Assembly: GCF_009834535.1 (NCBI RefSeq)
Contig: NC_045705.1
Coordinates: 32,054,001-32,118,000 of the forward strand
Source: Camelus ferus
Taxonomy: Eukaryota
Direction of reading: 5' to 3'
Length of the DNA stretch: 64,000 nt
Below are positions 48,523 through 61,208 of this stretch, in pieces (the stretch's first letter is position 1; every line of letters starts with the position of its first letter). A program made the position numbers and the translations under genes. Below the pieces are notes generated by a model. The model was not told the DNA's origin, searched no databases, and saw only the letters and a program-made list of their open reading frames with translations.

Positions 48523-49703
48523 AGTCAATTTGCTAGTATTTTGTTGAGGATTTTTGTATTGTATTCATAAGAGATATTGGCTGTAATTTTCTTTTTTGTG
48601 ATATTTTTGTCAGGTTTTGGTATCAGAGTGATGGTGGCCTCATAAAATGAGTTTGCAAGTATTACTTCCTCTTTAATATTTTTGGAATAGTTTCAGAAAG
48701 ATAGATGTTAACTCTTCTCAAAATGTTTGGTAGAATTCACCTGTGAAGCCAATTCTGCAAAGAAGACATCCAGATGGACAACGGGAATGTGAGAAGATAC
48801 TCAATATTGCTAATTATTATTAGCAATACAAGTCAAAAATACAATGAGGTATCACCTCATACCAGTCAGAATGGCCATCATTAAAAAGTCTACAAATAAA
48901 TGCTGGAGAGGGTGTAGAGAAAAAGGATCCATCCTACACTATTGGTGGGAATTGAAATTGGTGCAGCCACTATGGAGGACAGTACAGATGTTATTTAATA
49001 AAACTAAAAATAGACTTCCATATGATCCAGCAATCCCACTCCTGGACATATATCTGGAGAAAACTATAATTCAAAAAAGACACATGCACCCCAGTGTTTC
49101 AGTAGNNNNNNNNNNNNNNNNNNNNNNNNNNNNNNNNNNNNNNNNNNNNNNNNNNNNNNNNNNNNNNNNNNNNNNNNNNNNNNNNNNNNNNNNNNNNNNN
49201 NNNNNNNNNNNNNNNNNNNNNNNNNNNNNNNNNNNNNNNNNNNNNNNNNNNNNNNNNNNNNNNNNNNNNNNNNNNNNNNNNNNNNNNNNNNNNNNNNNNN
49301 NNNNNNNNNNNNNNNNNNNNTGTTGCTTATAAGTGGAATCTAAAAAAAAGGAAAGAAAAGATACAAATTCAAATTATTTTTACAAACCAGAAATAGACTC
49401 ACAGACATAGAAAACAAACTGTGGTTACTGAAGGGAAAGAAGAGGAGGGACAGAGTAGGAGTTTGGGATGAATAGATACACATTACCATATACAGAATAG
49501 ATAAACCACAAGGACCTACTGTATAGCACAGGGAACTATATTCAATTTCTTGTAATGAGCTGTAATGGAAAAGAATTTGAAATATATATATACACATGTG
49601 TATATATATATAGCTGAATCGCTTTGTTGTACACCTGAAACTAACATTGCAACTCAACTGCACTTCAGTAAAAAATGAGAATTAAAAAAATAAAATAAAA
49701 AAG
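48523..49703. mobile_element. 5'-inverted L1: minus-strand RT-region piece (48523-48751) joined to plus-strand ORF2 end, 3' UTR and A tail
   Basis: The minus piece translates to GFTGEFYQTF...NSFYEATITLIPKPDK...KILNKILAN. The plus piece encodes MRYHLIPVRMAIIKK...YDPAIPLL. Confidence 0.85.
49106..49320. other. N gap, 215 nt
   Basis: Run of N inside an L1. Confidence 1.
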
Positions 49704-50369
49704 GAAGGCAAAAATTGCTCCAGGGCAGAGAAAAGCATTTTGGGCCTTTCGAATAAATTTCAAAACACTCTTGAGTTAAAAAATGTTGTTAATAAAATAA
49801 CCTCAGTTAAAAAGCCAAGTAAAAGAAAGTTTTAAAATATGCCTATTGTTTAAAAATATACTATTAACTCAGCAATGCTTTTTGTGAGTACTTCACTTTA
49901 AATTTTGGGTTCTTCAGTCAATTTTAGGTAAGATTCTCTCTTACCTCTCAGAGTGCTGGTTTCCTAACACAAAGACAAAACTTCCTCTATGATTCCAGAG
50001 ATAGGGACTACTTTTATTTATAACAGTGGGCTAAGAAAGTACACAGGTAGCGTATTTTAGGAAACTGCATTAGCAGAATATCCTTTCTTTGCATATTTCC
50101 ATAATTAGCAAATAATATTCTTTCACTTAGGTAAAATTGTAATAGACTTTGAAATGCATCCCTCCCCCCTCAAAAAAACCCAAAAAACAGAGACTAAGTG
50201 TTCCGGTTAGCATACTTTTCTGGGTTATCTTTGCCTTTTATTATCAGTAAACTATTTTACAAAAAAACAAAAAACAAACAAACAAAGCCCTCTAAAATTT
50301 TCTGTAAATGAGACAGGATTTTAAAATGCTGCCTCCCTTAGTTTTATTTTAGTTTCATTAATTTGAGAG

Positions 50370-50651
50370 GGCTTTTTAATTATGTGCAAGTAAATCCTGT
50401 TAGTCAGTTACAAGCCCCAATTTTTCTGTGTAATTTCAAGAAAATTCCAGTCATTAAAAATGCTACAAGAGACTTGCCATTTGCCTTAATTGCCTGTTTT
50501 GTTGTTTGTGAGGAGTGAGATGCTAGTGATTCCCCAGAGTTCGAGTCCCCAGGGTTACCAAGAGAGATGTAAGAACCTTGGCGTCCCAGTAACACTCAAC
50601 TTGCAGAGAAGCAAGGTGGGGTGGTGACCTGTTTCTCTGTAGCAGGTAAGA
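50370..50651 (+). promoter_or_regulatory. Candidate promoter and first exon of the OR5D14-like gene
   Basis: TCATTAAAAA at 50451 (reverse complement TTTTTAATGA), two O/E-like sites (ttccccagag 50530, tccccaggg 50546), and a strong donor CAG|GTAAG at 50646. Confidence 0.6.
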
Positions 50652-51659
50652 CTTTCAGGGTGTTTATGAAATGGTAAAAATATTGTTTTCTTGAAATGGT
50701 AACTGGGGTATTCATTTACTTTTCTTTTTATGATAACTCACTGTAAATGCTATCCAAGTCTGAGTTTAATTATATTAAAGAAAGAAGTTAACAATCATGC
50801 AAAGAGTTGGCTTCAAGACCATTGACAACTATCTTACAAAGAGTGGAGTAAATTTACTACCTGGAAATGGATATTTACACATATTTCTTTATATGCACCT
50901 TAAATTGGTATATAAACTATCACAAGAGTGAGAACTAGTTAATTCCGAGGGAACTCTTACCTGATAAATCCTGAGACCCTTACGAGGTAGCAATACAATG
51001 CCTAAGACTGCATTAAAAGCTAACCCGCAGGCTAAAAATCCTGATAAAGTGTACACTCCATTCAGAACTCAAAGCGAGCCATTGTCTTCCTCGGCAGCTA
51101 AACAAGTCCATGAGGGAAGCAGCCTTTACTGAACAAAAGGTGTTAAAATGGGGTTGCTATGATCTGTTCTCAGATTTCTGTAGTGATTTACTTTATTCTT
51201 GAAAGAGACATATATTCTCGTAAAGACTTTACTTGACTTCTGTTCACAGACAAAAAATACAGTAGCAATATATGTTGTTCTTTGCAGCAAACGTTTTCCA
51301 TACTTTTTAGACTCTTTCAGTAGTTTATGCACTTACGTGCAAGCATTTTCTAACAGTTCTGTGCGTATTACACCACTCGCTAATGAGTGGATGTACACAC
51401 TACAAGTGTCTCGTTTGGAAATGCGAATGGCGATGGAAATGCAAAGACGTTTCAGAGACTCAGCTTGGTGGGGCACATCCACGTCTGTCCTCTGTATGAG
51501 GCATGTTCTCTGTGGAAGAAGTCAGGACCAATAACTCTTCTGATTTTCTTTTGTCCACCATAGAAGGTCATGCGGTGCCTGTCACTCATTGTCCAAAATC
51601 TTCTTTTTGTAAAGAACAAGTCCCTTCTCCCAGCCCCTCTCTTCGAAGGCACTGTGGTG

Positions 51660-52598
51660 ATGGCTGCAAGAAATCTGAGTGTGAAGACGACCTTTGCCCT
51701 CTTGGGTTTCACAGATTACCCAGAGCTTCAAGTTCCTCTCTTCCTTGTGTTTCTGATCATGTACGTGATCACGGTGGTAGGGAACCTCGGGATGATATTA
51801 ATCATCAAAATTCACCCCAGATTTCACACCCCCATGTACTTTTTCCTTAGTCACCTTTCGTTGGTGGATTTTTGCTACTCCTCCATTGTGACTCCCAAGC
51901 TGCTTGAGAACTTGGTCGTGGCCGATAAGAGCATCTCCTACTCCAGCTGCATGTTGCAGTACTTCCTGTCCTGCTCGGCCGTGGTGACTGAGTCCTTCCT
52001 GCTGGCGGTGATGGCCTATGACCGCTTTGTGGCTATCTGTAACCCTCTGCTCTACACAGTGGCCATGTCACCGAGGCTCTGTGCCCTGCTGGTAGCGGGG
52101 TCATATCTCTGGGGTATGTTTGGCCCCCTGGTACTCCTTTGCTATGCTCTCCAACTAAACTTTTCTGGACATAATGTAATCAACCACTTTTTCTGTGAAT
52201 ACACGGCTCTCATCGCTGTCTCGAGTTCCGATATCCACATCCCCCACCTGCTGCTCTTTGGCTTCGCCACCTTCAATGAGGTGAGCACACTCCTGATCAT
52301 CCTCACTTCCTACATCTTTATTTTTGTCACGGTGCTGAACATCCATTCTGCCAGTGGGCGTCACAAAGCCTTCTCCACCTGTGCCTCCCACCTGACCGCC
52401 ATCACCATCTTCCACGGGACCATCCTTTCCCTCTACTGCGTCCCCAACTCCAAAAATTCTCAGCAGACTGTCAAGGTGGCCTCTGTCTTTTACACAGTGG
52501 TCAACCCCATGCTGAACCCTCTGATCTACAGCCTCAGGAACAAAGATGTGAAGGATGCCTTCTGGAAATTAATAGACACAAAAGTCTCACTTCACTGA
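51660..52598 (+). CDS. OR5D14: Olfactory receptor OR5D14-like (312 aa; start MAARNLS)
   Basis: [50 protein letters not shown] and DAFWKLI match human OR5D14 as recalled. The first ATG of the frame is at 51660. Confidence 0.92.
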   Translation: MAARNLSVKTTFALLGFTDYPELQVPLFLVFLIMYVITVVGNLGMILIIKIHPRFHTPMYFFLSHLSLVDFCYSSIVTPKLLENLVVADKSISYSSCMLQYFLSCSAVVTESFLLAVMAYDRFVAICNPLLYTVAMSPRLCALLVAGSYLWGMFGPLVLLCYALQLNFSGHNVINHFFCEYTALIAVSSSDIHIPHLLLFGFATFNEVSTLLIILTSYIFIFVTVLNIHSASGRHKAFSTCASHLTAITIFHGTILSLYCVPNSKNSQQTVKVASVFYTVVNPMLNPLIYSLRNKDVKDAFWKLIDTKVSLH

Positions 52599-53449
52599 AC
52601 CAATGTCAAAAGATGTCTCCAATCTCAATGAACAATGGGATCAGAGACTTCTAAAACGGTAACGAACATTTTCATGAGGTTTTTACAGATAACGGTGATG
52701 TTAATCTGTTGTGAATTGGTAAGCTCAAATCCTTTGAAGATGAAAAAAAAGTTCATTCTGGGATGAATTCCACGGGACTTTATCCACAAATCATCTATTT
52801 CTTCAAATGCTCTAAAAACAAACACATGAAATACTACAGAGCACAACAGAAGTTTCCAATGTGGGGAATGTATTTGTTGAGAGAATGATGGTAACTCAGC
52901 AGGGAGAAAGCCTTTCTGGTTTGTTGCCGCAGATGGCAGTGTGTGACTTGCCTTTAAAGTTACTCATGCTGTATGTCACTGAAGCATTGTGTCATTGCTG
53001 GGAAATACAGATGGCTATCAAAAATGAGGGGTGATTTTTTTCTGACACCTTCATCCCTTGGGTTCTGTGAATTCTATAAATGAACAGTCATCTACTTTAA
53101 ACAATCAAATTATGTGGAGATGTACGAAAAACAAGGACATTTATACCAATTGTGTAGATGATGTGGAGATTAAAGAAACTAGTCTAGAAATGACTGAAAT
53201 GAGGCAAAAACTCAATCCTGTTGACTCTAAGCCTAGTGCCTTTTCATGATAGTACCTCTAGGTCACAGAAATTTGTTTTGTCCTTCAGAAAGGACACTCA
53301 CTGTGGTCATTTCAATATGCCTAGACATGTTTGGGTATTATCACTCAAAAGGCTGCATTCCCAGTATTACCAGGTCTGGAAATCTCTACAGGCATTATCT
53401 AATCTAGTTCCTATGTATTAGAACTAGTATGAATATAATACACATTTTA

Positions 53450-55800
53450 TTTGCAAATGTTGAGGAATCATATTTCAAATTTTCTGTTCTAATGTTTGTG
53501 TGAATGACTAAACAAGAACAAATATCCAGTAACAAACATCCTAAAAATTAAAGCAAATTGTAGTAGGAAGACTAGCCCTATATAATTTAAAGTAAATTTA
53601 AAGACCTTATTATTAAAAGCACTGTCATATTTGGACAAATAGGTCACCATATTAGAAAATGAAAAACTTTGATCTCACTTTATTTCCCACACCAAAAGAG
53701 AGTTCTAAATACCAGTTTAAAACTAACATTGGATGATTCTATAAAACTTCTTGGCAAAATAACAGAAAATGAAATAATATTTCCAATAAAAAGCTCAGAA
53801 CAAAGTTACCACGTTTATCACATATAGAAGAGGAGAAAATGACAATCCTCTAGAAAAAGCTGACATAATTAACAGCCCTTATAAAAGAAAAACAAACAGC
53901 CCTTAAACGTTTGAAGAATTGTTCAACCTGACTTATAATAATAGAAATACAAATGGAAACTGCCTTGAGCTCTCATTCCTCACCTACCAGAACAGTAAAA
54001 TCCCTGCAAGTGAAGATGCAGGGAAACAGACATTTTGATACATTGGAGGCAGGAAGGTAACATGTTACCTGTGATTTGAATTACTAGCAACAATTCATGT
54101 GCCCTTATCCTTTTTAAACATTCATAGACCTGTCAAGTATGCAGTCGTAAAAACAGAAAGGGGAAGCTTTCTCTATATTGCTATGGAGAGAGTTCTAGAA
54201 CATAATCTTACAGGAAGAAAGACAAGATATAGAAGAGATTTTATAATGTAATAAACTGTGTGAAATAAGAGAAGATAAAACAAAAACTCATAAAAAAAGA
54301 GAGGAAAGAAAACTTTTAGAAATGAACTTTGTAATACAGCATTGCTTTGGGGGAAATGTAATATTTTACACAGTTTAAATGACCTAACTTTATATCAGAA
54401 AGTGTATCAAAGATACCCACAAAATTAAAAACACATAAAAAGAAATGAATCCATTCATAATGTTGGAAACATGGTCGAAAAGAGTGAAACATTTTCTATA
54501 AAGGACTTGAAACACAGCATTTTGAGTGTACCACATATTGCAATGCTACTTTAGTATAAAATAAATAATTATTGAAATTTTATTGAAACTAAAGTTAACA
54601 ACATGGAGAAGAATTGCAGCTCTAACAGGAGCAAATAAAAATGTTCAATTTTAATTCAAAATTCAATTTGAAACATTTTTCCTTTTAAATCAAATACCAC
54701 TAATGAAGGTAACTCAGTTGCAGTAAACACTGCTAGTCCCAAAACTTCCTCTGAAGGAAATCTCTACCCTATAGACAGAACCAGAACTTTTTGAATAAAT
54801 AGGGGGTTTGAAGTCTGAGGTAGAAAATCTAATGAGCCTTGAGTGGCTTAATTTTCCAGAAGGCAAGACCAGTGTTAGCAGTTTGATCATTTCTAAGAGA
54901 CGTAGAAGGCAACTTGAAATGGCTACCCACTAGCTTATGATGAACATAAAAATGAGTATTGACTGAAATTAATTTAAAGTCATCAAATATGTTTAAGTCA
55001 AATATGTCTAAATACTAAAAAAAAATAAATAAATAAATCATTGGTTACTATTAAATGTTGCTGGGGATATCAAATCATTATGTGGAATATTGGTAAATAA
55101 ATGAGATAAATAGTTATTCTGTCTTTCCTCAGTGAATTGTATTTCAGGGTTACCCAACAGTTCAGGAGAAATTCAGAAGTAAAATCAGAAGGTATTAAAA
55201 ACATTAAGTGAAAGTTGGTGGGAAATGCTAAAATGAAGTAATCCCGCTGACAGTGCCTGAATCCACAGATCAGACTGAGCATCACAGAAAGCCGGACACC
55301 AGGGAGCACACACCCTACACCTGGTGCGGCTGGCGGTCATGAGGACCACGTAGGAAGACTCCTTGCCTAGAGGAAACTAAGGGAGTGAATCCGAACTATA
55401 AACTTCTTGATGTGAGCATCAGTTTAAAGAACTGATGTAGGAACAAGTCAAATGACACCAAATAAAGCAAAAAGCCAAATGCAGACTATGAACCATTCTA
55501 CAAATGATCCAATTTCTCCAAAAAATTACCTAAACACACATATATGTACACACACACAAACACACAAAAGGAACTATTACACAATATATGGACCATGTTA
55601 TATAACACTGGAACTGTTACATACTAAAGGAAACCTAATTACAACCACCAAATTTGTTTGAATCTTGATTCAAATTAACTGTAAAAATATATCTTGAAGA
55701 CACTTGTGGAAGTTTAAAGAGATTTGGTCTGAATTTATATTAAGACTACAGTATTATTTTTGTTAGGCACAATTTTGGTACAGGTGTTTAATTAAATGTC
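53450..55800 (+). mobile_element. Old L1M (L1MC/MD/ME-like) 3' remnants
   Basis: aaatacaaatggaaactgccttgag...ctcacctaccagaac; gaatcttgattcaaattaactgtaaaaa. Confidence 0.5.
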
Positions 55801-56559
55801 TACTTTGCTGATGGTTATTCTTTTTACAAATCACTATTAATGACTTAGTTGTCTTAGAAGTGGGTTAATAGAGAAATATAATATCCTACAAATATGATAC
55901 TGTTTTAAATGACTCCAGTTTATAGAAGCGGAAGCCAGGGGCTCACTCTTCTGGGAATGCCCTGACTCTTCAGGACAAAGAACGATCTACATAGTCTCAT
56001 ATTTCAAGCTTCACACAGGAATGTTTGGCCAAAAAATACATTTGGGACAGGAAAAAAGTCAGCGTAACAAGCAGTTCTTACAGTAACATGTTTTGAGGCT
56101 TATAGTGTTGGTTTAAGTACTTTTTATTTCTTTGAAAATCTTCAGAAGGCTTAAAATTTTTAAATTACATTGACCATTTTTTTTTGTTTTATCATCCAAA
56201 TTATTTCCACAGAGCTGAAATTATTTAACAAAAATTTATTAATGAAACTGTACTGGGAAAGTACTTGTGTTGTCACTTATTGTGTTATTGGTCTAAGGAA
56301 AACCAACCTACTGGCATAAATACATCTTTAAAGGACACCTGTAGATACACTCAGATAAGTTTTATTCTGTTTTTCCTTGTCATAAATAATGTCACTATGA
56401 AAAATTCATTTTATACATTTTTTCCATAGGGGATTTAGAAAGCCTAGAACAATATCATAAACCGCAGAACTGTTGAGATGCATTTAAAAAGCTGACTGTC
56501 TAAAAATAAGTTGTATTTGCTCAAAAGTTCCCTTTGCTCACATGTTCTTTTCCCCATAT

Positions 56560-56830
56560 ACTTGCTCCCTCACTTCATAAATGCTCAAAAAGCACCTCGT
56601 AGTAGACTGGTCTGACCTCCCTATTTTAAATGACACCTTTAATTATATTTATTTCAGCATTTATAAGCACTGGAAAATGACAACATATACATTTGTGTTT
56701 TATATTCCCCATTCAATATAAATTGTTGACACAGGGACATTCTTTTTCCCACAGTACCCAAGCTATTAACTAGCTCAGGATAAGCCTATAATAAATAAAT
56801 AAAAGAAAAAAAAATGAATGAGTAATTATA
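56560..56830 (+). mobile_element. L2 3' remnant
   Basis: ttgctccctcacttc...ctgacctccctattttaaa...aatataaattgttgacacagggac...tgaatgagt. Confidence 0.55.
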
Positions 56831-57571
56831 TATCCTCATTCTGTACTCAGTTTCTGTATTGCTTATCATATAGCAATTAAGCTGTATGAATATTCATAAT
56901 TCTTCTTAATAATTCTTAATAATTCTTCCGCTTAGAGGAACCTCGATTAAAACAATGAAATTTAAGAGTTAAAAAAATTTAACATATTGTTAATTTCATT
57001 ACCTTTCCAAAACAGTATTATTCTAAAATGGTATTATTTTATGTGGTGTAAACACAGTATGTAAAAAACTTACAACTTCATATTGACAGTATTCAATTTA
57101 TAGATAAAGACCACAACATCAATTTCAATACAATTTTTATATTTAAATCAATTATAAAAACCCCTGCCATGTCTTTAAGCCTAAGGTAAACAGATAAACA
57201 CAGCAGCTTTCCTGTGAGGGTGTCTCCCAGATGATAGAAAGGGTCACTGTCAATGATGACCTTTATAGACGTTTCCTTAGTTTTTCTGTCATGAGTTTCC
57301 CTCCTTCAGAGGGATGCATTTTATGACAGCAGGTTCAAGGTGTACTAAAAACAACAGCAATGAGAACAAAACAGATGCTAAACAAACATCATCTTCACTC
57401 TACTAACATCTGATTTCAAAACATCACTATATCGACTAAAACATGTCTAATGCCATCATTTTTCCCTGAAAAATATATGCCAGAAAGAAATAAGAAGTCA
57501 TACCACAGGTTTGAAAAGTCTTGATAAAAGCAACGTTTAGACTTCATGGAAAGCAAAATTTCATAGTGTTC

Positions 57572-57704
57572 TTTTTTTTCAATTTTTTTATTGAAGTCTA
57601 GTTGACTAGCATATGGTATCACTTACATGTAGAATCTAAGAACTGATCCAAATGAACTTATTTACAAAACATAAGCAGACTTACAGAGCAAACACACTCA
57701 TGGT
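57572..57704. mobile_element. Tiny 5'-inverted L1 3' end
   Basis: polyT-attgaagtctagttgact (minus) is joined to atatggtatcacttacatgtagaatcta...aaatgaacttatttacaaaac (plus). Confidence 0.7.
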
Positions 57705-58199
57705 GGACAGTGTATTTATGCCTTAGGTTTTGGAGGTTTGCTTTTGCTGTTCTCGTTGGGGTAATTCCCAGAGTAATTTTTGAATGAATAAGTGGAATCC
57801 TTGCTTTTGAAGAATGAAAGAAAGGGAACAGTGAGAGTGCTGGGTGGAAAAGCGATGCTGAAACACTCCTCAAAGTCAGGCAATTATCAGATGGATCAAT
57901 TTTAGGGAAATAAGTATAGGTTATTGAGAATCTGGAAACTCAATACCTGTAACTAATTACATTCAAGGAATTCTTGAAATATTTGGTGTATCCAGGAGCA
58001 CAAACCACAGGCCATCTTTTGAATGGTGTTGGTTTAGGGAGATGCTGTACTCTCAGAAGAGAAGCAGACCTGGGAGGAGTCCCTCAGGCGTATTAGTGTA
58101 CTTCACAAGGGCAGCGTGACCTCTGGTTCACAAAACCATGTTCGGATGAGGGTACAGTGCTCTGCAGTGCGTCATGAGCTCTGTGAGGAATCCTGTTGG

Positions 58200-58640
58200 A
58201 TTATAACGTGTCCCAAGTTGGGACAGTTTTCCCCCTGTTTATATTTCAGATAAGTCATTAATTATTTGAGTCCCAAGGTGATGCTGCTGTCTTCATATCT
58301 TGTCGATGTCCACAGAGATCAGTGACTAACTGTGGAAACCTAAGGAATGTGGGCCCCAGGGATGCACACAACATTAAAAACATAAAGCCCATCACATTTC
58401 CCTTCATAGTATCTTCAGAAACAGACGAAGCAAGGTTTATCCCACAAGTTGGTTGGAAAGACTACACTCTGACTTTTCAGGAAGTGGAAGGTTAGTAGTA
58501 TTGATGTGTTTTTAAGAATCTATATTTACCATTCACTTAATTAGAGTGTTTTAAGAAAGGACATGCTTTGGGCATTCCTATATAAAAGTATTTTCCCTTT
58601 TTGAGGAACAGTCTCAAGGGGAAATTGTCACAATTTAATC
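58200..58640 (+). promoter_or_regulatory. Candidate promoter region of the OR5L gene
   Basis: gtcattaatta (58254), tcccaagg (58271), gccccaggga (58353), acattaaaaa (58371) and tctcaagggga (about 58612), about 1.8 kb upstream of the ATG. Confidence 0.45.
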
Positions 58641-59403
58641 TGCAGGGCCAAATACCTTGTAACAACTATTTGCGTTGAGGGGAAGAGTGTAAACAAATCG
58701 GGAAGAAAGCTTGACTTCTCTCTCCTTCACTTCTCCTCTCTCTCACCTGGACTCCACCTGTGGAATGTGGTCAAGACAGGATGGAGTTTCTCCTGACAGT
58801 CATGCTGACGCTGAGTTCTATTGAGGGGTCCTCAGGACTGCTCACGGAGGGACACAGACATGTGACCCACCTCTGAAGCAGGAAGGGGAGGAACTGCATT
58901 GGCCCTGCCCCAAAGGGACTTTGCGACGTCTCTCCATAGCAGGTTTCTCATCATGGTTCCAGTGACATTTTGGGTTTTAGTCTAGATTCCTTTTACTCCA
59001 GGAAAAACCAACTAGTGCCTCTAAAGCACGTATAAGTACCAGGGTTCCGGAGAGAGAGGAAATGGGCCTGCTCTTACGCTCTGTTGGCATTTTCTATTTG
59101 GGAGGGACCTTGAATGTATCTGCCCTTTATTTAAAAAAAACAATCCCACCTTTCTTTGCAACACAGCCATAACACTTACATTTTGTGAGAAATCAAGGAA
59201 GTGTCTACATCAATTTTTTAAGTAGTTGAAATAAAATATTTATGTTCCACTGGTGTTGTGAGGATTAAATACCCTATGTAACTTATGTACAGATATATAA
59301 TATTTTATCTGGGCTCTCTGGCTTTCTGTTTTCTCACTTGCCATTTTTCATAGTCATTTCCAGGTCATTAAAAGTTCTTGGAAAGCTGCATAGTTTTCCA
59401 TAA

Positions 59404-59405
<2 letters not shown>

Positions 59406-59435
<30 letters not shown>
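59406..59435 (+). repeat. (TG)15 microsatellite
   Basis: Directly visible. Confidence 0.95.
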
Positions 59436-59437
<2 letters not shown>

Positions 59438-60272
59438 ATAACTTTGACCATTTCCCTGATGTTTTACATTTTATTTCTAAGTTTTGCTGTTATAAATAAA
59501 GGTGCAATGCATAGCACCAAGCATTTCTGTTAATTTTATCTTCACATCTTTGTTTAGTTCTTTCAACAGATTTAAAGTAGTGAATTTATTTGTCAGATAG
59601 GTTTTTCTAAGGGTTGAGAATCACAGTTACAGGAAGTTTGGATCTGACTGCGAAAGCCCTGAATAATGACTGAATTGTATAGCGTCGTTAACAAAATCAC
59701 TATGCTGATTTTATAGAAGAAATGCTAATATAGATCATAAAACCTACTTTGTCCATCTGGACCATATTTATAAGAAATAAATACCCACAAGGGTTAACAA
59801 TCTTAAAGAAGCATACTTCTCACCATTTCAGTGGGAATAAGCAAGGTTATTATGTGGTAATTAAAAAAAAATTATTTCTCAGGATCCCAATATATTTGAC
59901 ACTAAGTAAAAAATTTTCCCTAAAAAGAGATTTGAATTTCATAAAACAGTATGGCTAATTCAATGATGTCTTTCAATGATTCAGTTTCCAAGCTGTAAAT
60001 TGTGTACGACTAGTTTAGGGAATCATATAGGCTCTTACAGAAGCAAATGCTTTTGTGTGATTTATAAATTAAACTGTGAGCTCTATGCATTTGTGTGCTG
60101 CAGTGTCTGAGCCTTTCCTAAGTTTCACAAAAACAGTATCCAATTTCTTTGCTGAAACAAATTAACTATCCCTCTTATTCTCATGTCTTCTTTAGGAGAG
60201 AGTCACAACTGGATTTGGGATGATATAATGGAGAATAACATGTATTTTTTCCAGCCCCAATAAAGTGCAGAC

Positions 60273-61208
60273 ATGGGGAAGGAAAACTGCACCACCGTGA
60301 CCAAGTTCATTCTCCTCGGGTTCTCAGATGCCCCTGACTTGAGAGTCTTCCTCTTCCTGGTGTTTCTCGTCATCTACGGAGTCACGGTTTGGGGCAACCT
60401 GGGCATGATCGCACTGATTCAGGTCAGCCCTCGGCTCCACACCCCCATGTACTTTTTCCTCAGCCACTTGTCCTTTGTGGATTTCTGTTACTCCACTGTC
60501 ATTGTGCCAAAGATGCTAGACAGTATCTTCAGGGACGACAAAACCATTTCCTTCCTGGGATGTGCTGTGCAATTCTACTTGTTTTGCACGTGTGGGGTAA
60601 CCGAGGTCATCCTGCTGGCTGTGATGGCCTATGACCGCTTTGTGGCCATCTGTGACCCTCTGCTGTACATGGTGACCATGTCCCGAAGCCTCTGTGTGGA
60701 GCTGGTGTCTTGCTGCTACCTCTGTGGGACTGTGTGTTCTCTGATTCACTTGGGTTTAGCTCTTAAGATCCCATCCTACAGATCAAATGTGATTAACCAC
60801 TTCTTCTGTGATCTTCCCCCGCTTTTATCTCTTGCCTGCTCTGACGTCACTGTGAATCGATTGCTGCTATACGTTGTGGCCACTTTCAATGAGATCATCA
60901 CCAGTGTGATCATCCTCACCTCCTACTTGTTTATTCTCATCACCATCCTGAGGATGCCCTCTGCAGAGGGCAGGTCTAAAGCCTTTTCCACCTGTGCCTC
61001 CCACCTCGCAGCCATCATTGTCTTGCAGGGAACAATCCTTTTCATTTATTGCTGCCCTGGTTCTGGCAGCAGTAGGGATGCTGACAAAGTGGCCACGGTG
61101 TTCTACACTGTGGTGATTCCCATGCTGAACCCCCTGATCTATAGTCTGAGGAACAAGGACGTGAAGGAAGCCCTCAGAAAAGTGGTGAACTCCACAATAC
61201 TTTCCTAG
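60273..61208 (+). CDS. OR5L1: Olfactory receptor OR5L1/OR5L2-like (311 aa)
   Basis: [24 protein letters not shown] and [19 protein letters not shown] match the OR5L subfamily as recalled. It follows OR5D14, as OR5L1 does in human. L1 versus L2 cannot be resolved by eye. Confidence 0.85.
   Translation: MGKENCTTVTKFILLGFSDAPDLRVFLFLVFLVIYGVTVWGNLGMIALIQVSPRLHTPMYFFLSHLSFVDFCYSTVIVPKMLDSIFRDDKTISFLGCAVQFYLFCTCGVTEVILLAVMAYDRFVAICDPLLYMVTMSRSLCVELVSCCYLCGTVCSLIHLGLALKIPSYRSNVINHFFCDLPPLLSLACSDVTVNRLLLYVVATFNEIITSVIILTSYLFILITILRMPSAEGRSKAFSTCASHLAAIIVLQGTILFIYCCPGSGSSRDADKVATVFYTVVIPMLNPLIYSLRNKDVKEALRKVVNSTILS

Noticed and set aside
51570-51659. 30-aa N-terminal extension of the OR5D14-like ORF
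   Set aside because: GTG start upstream of the splice acceptors; open by chance.
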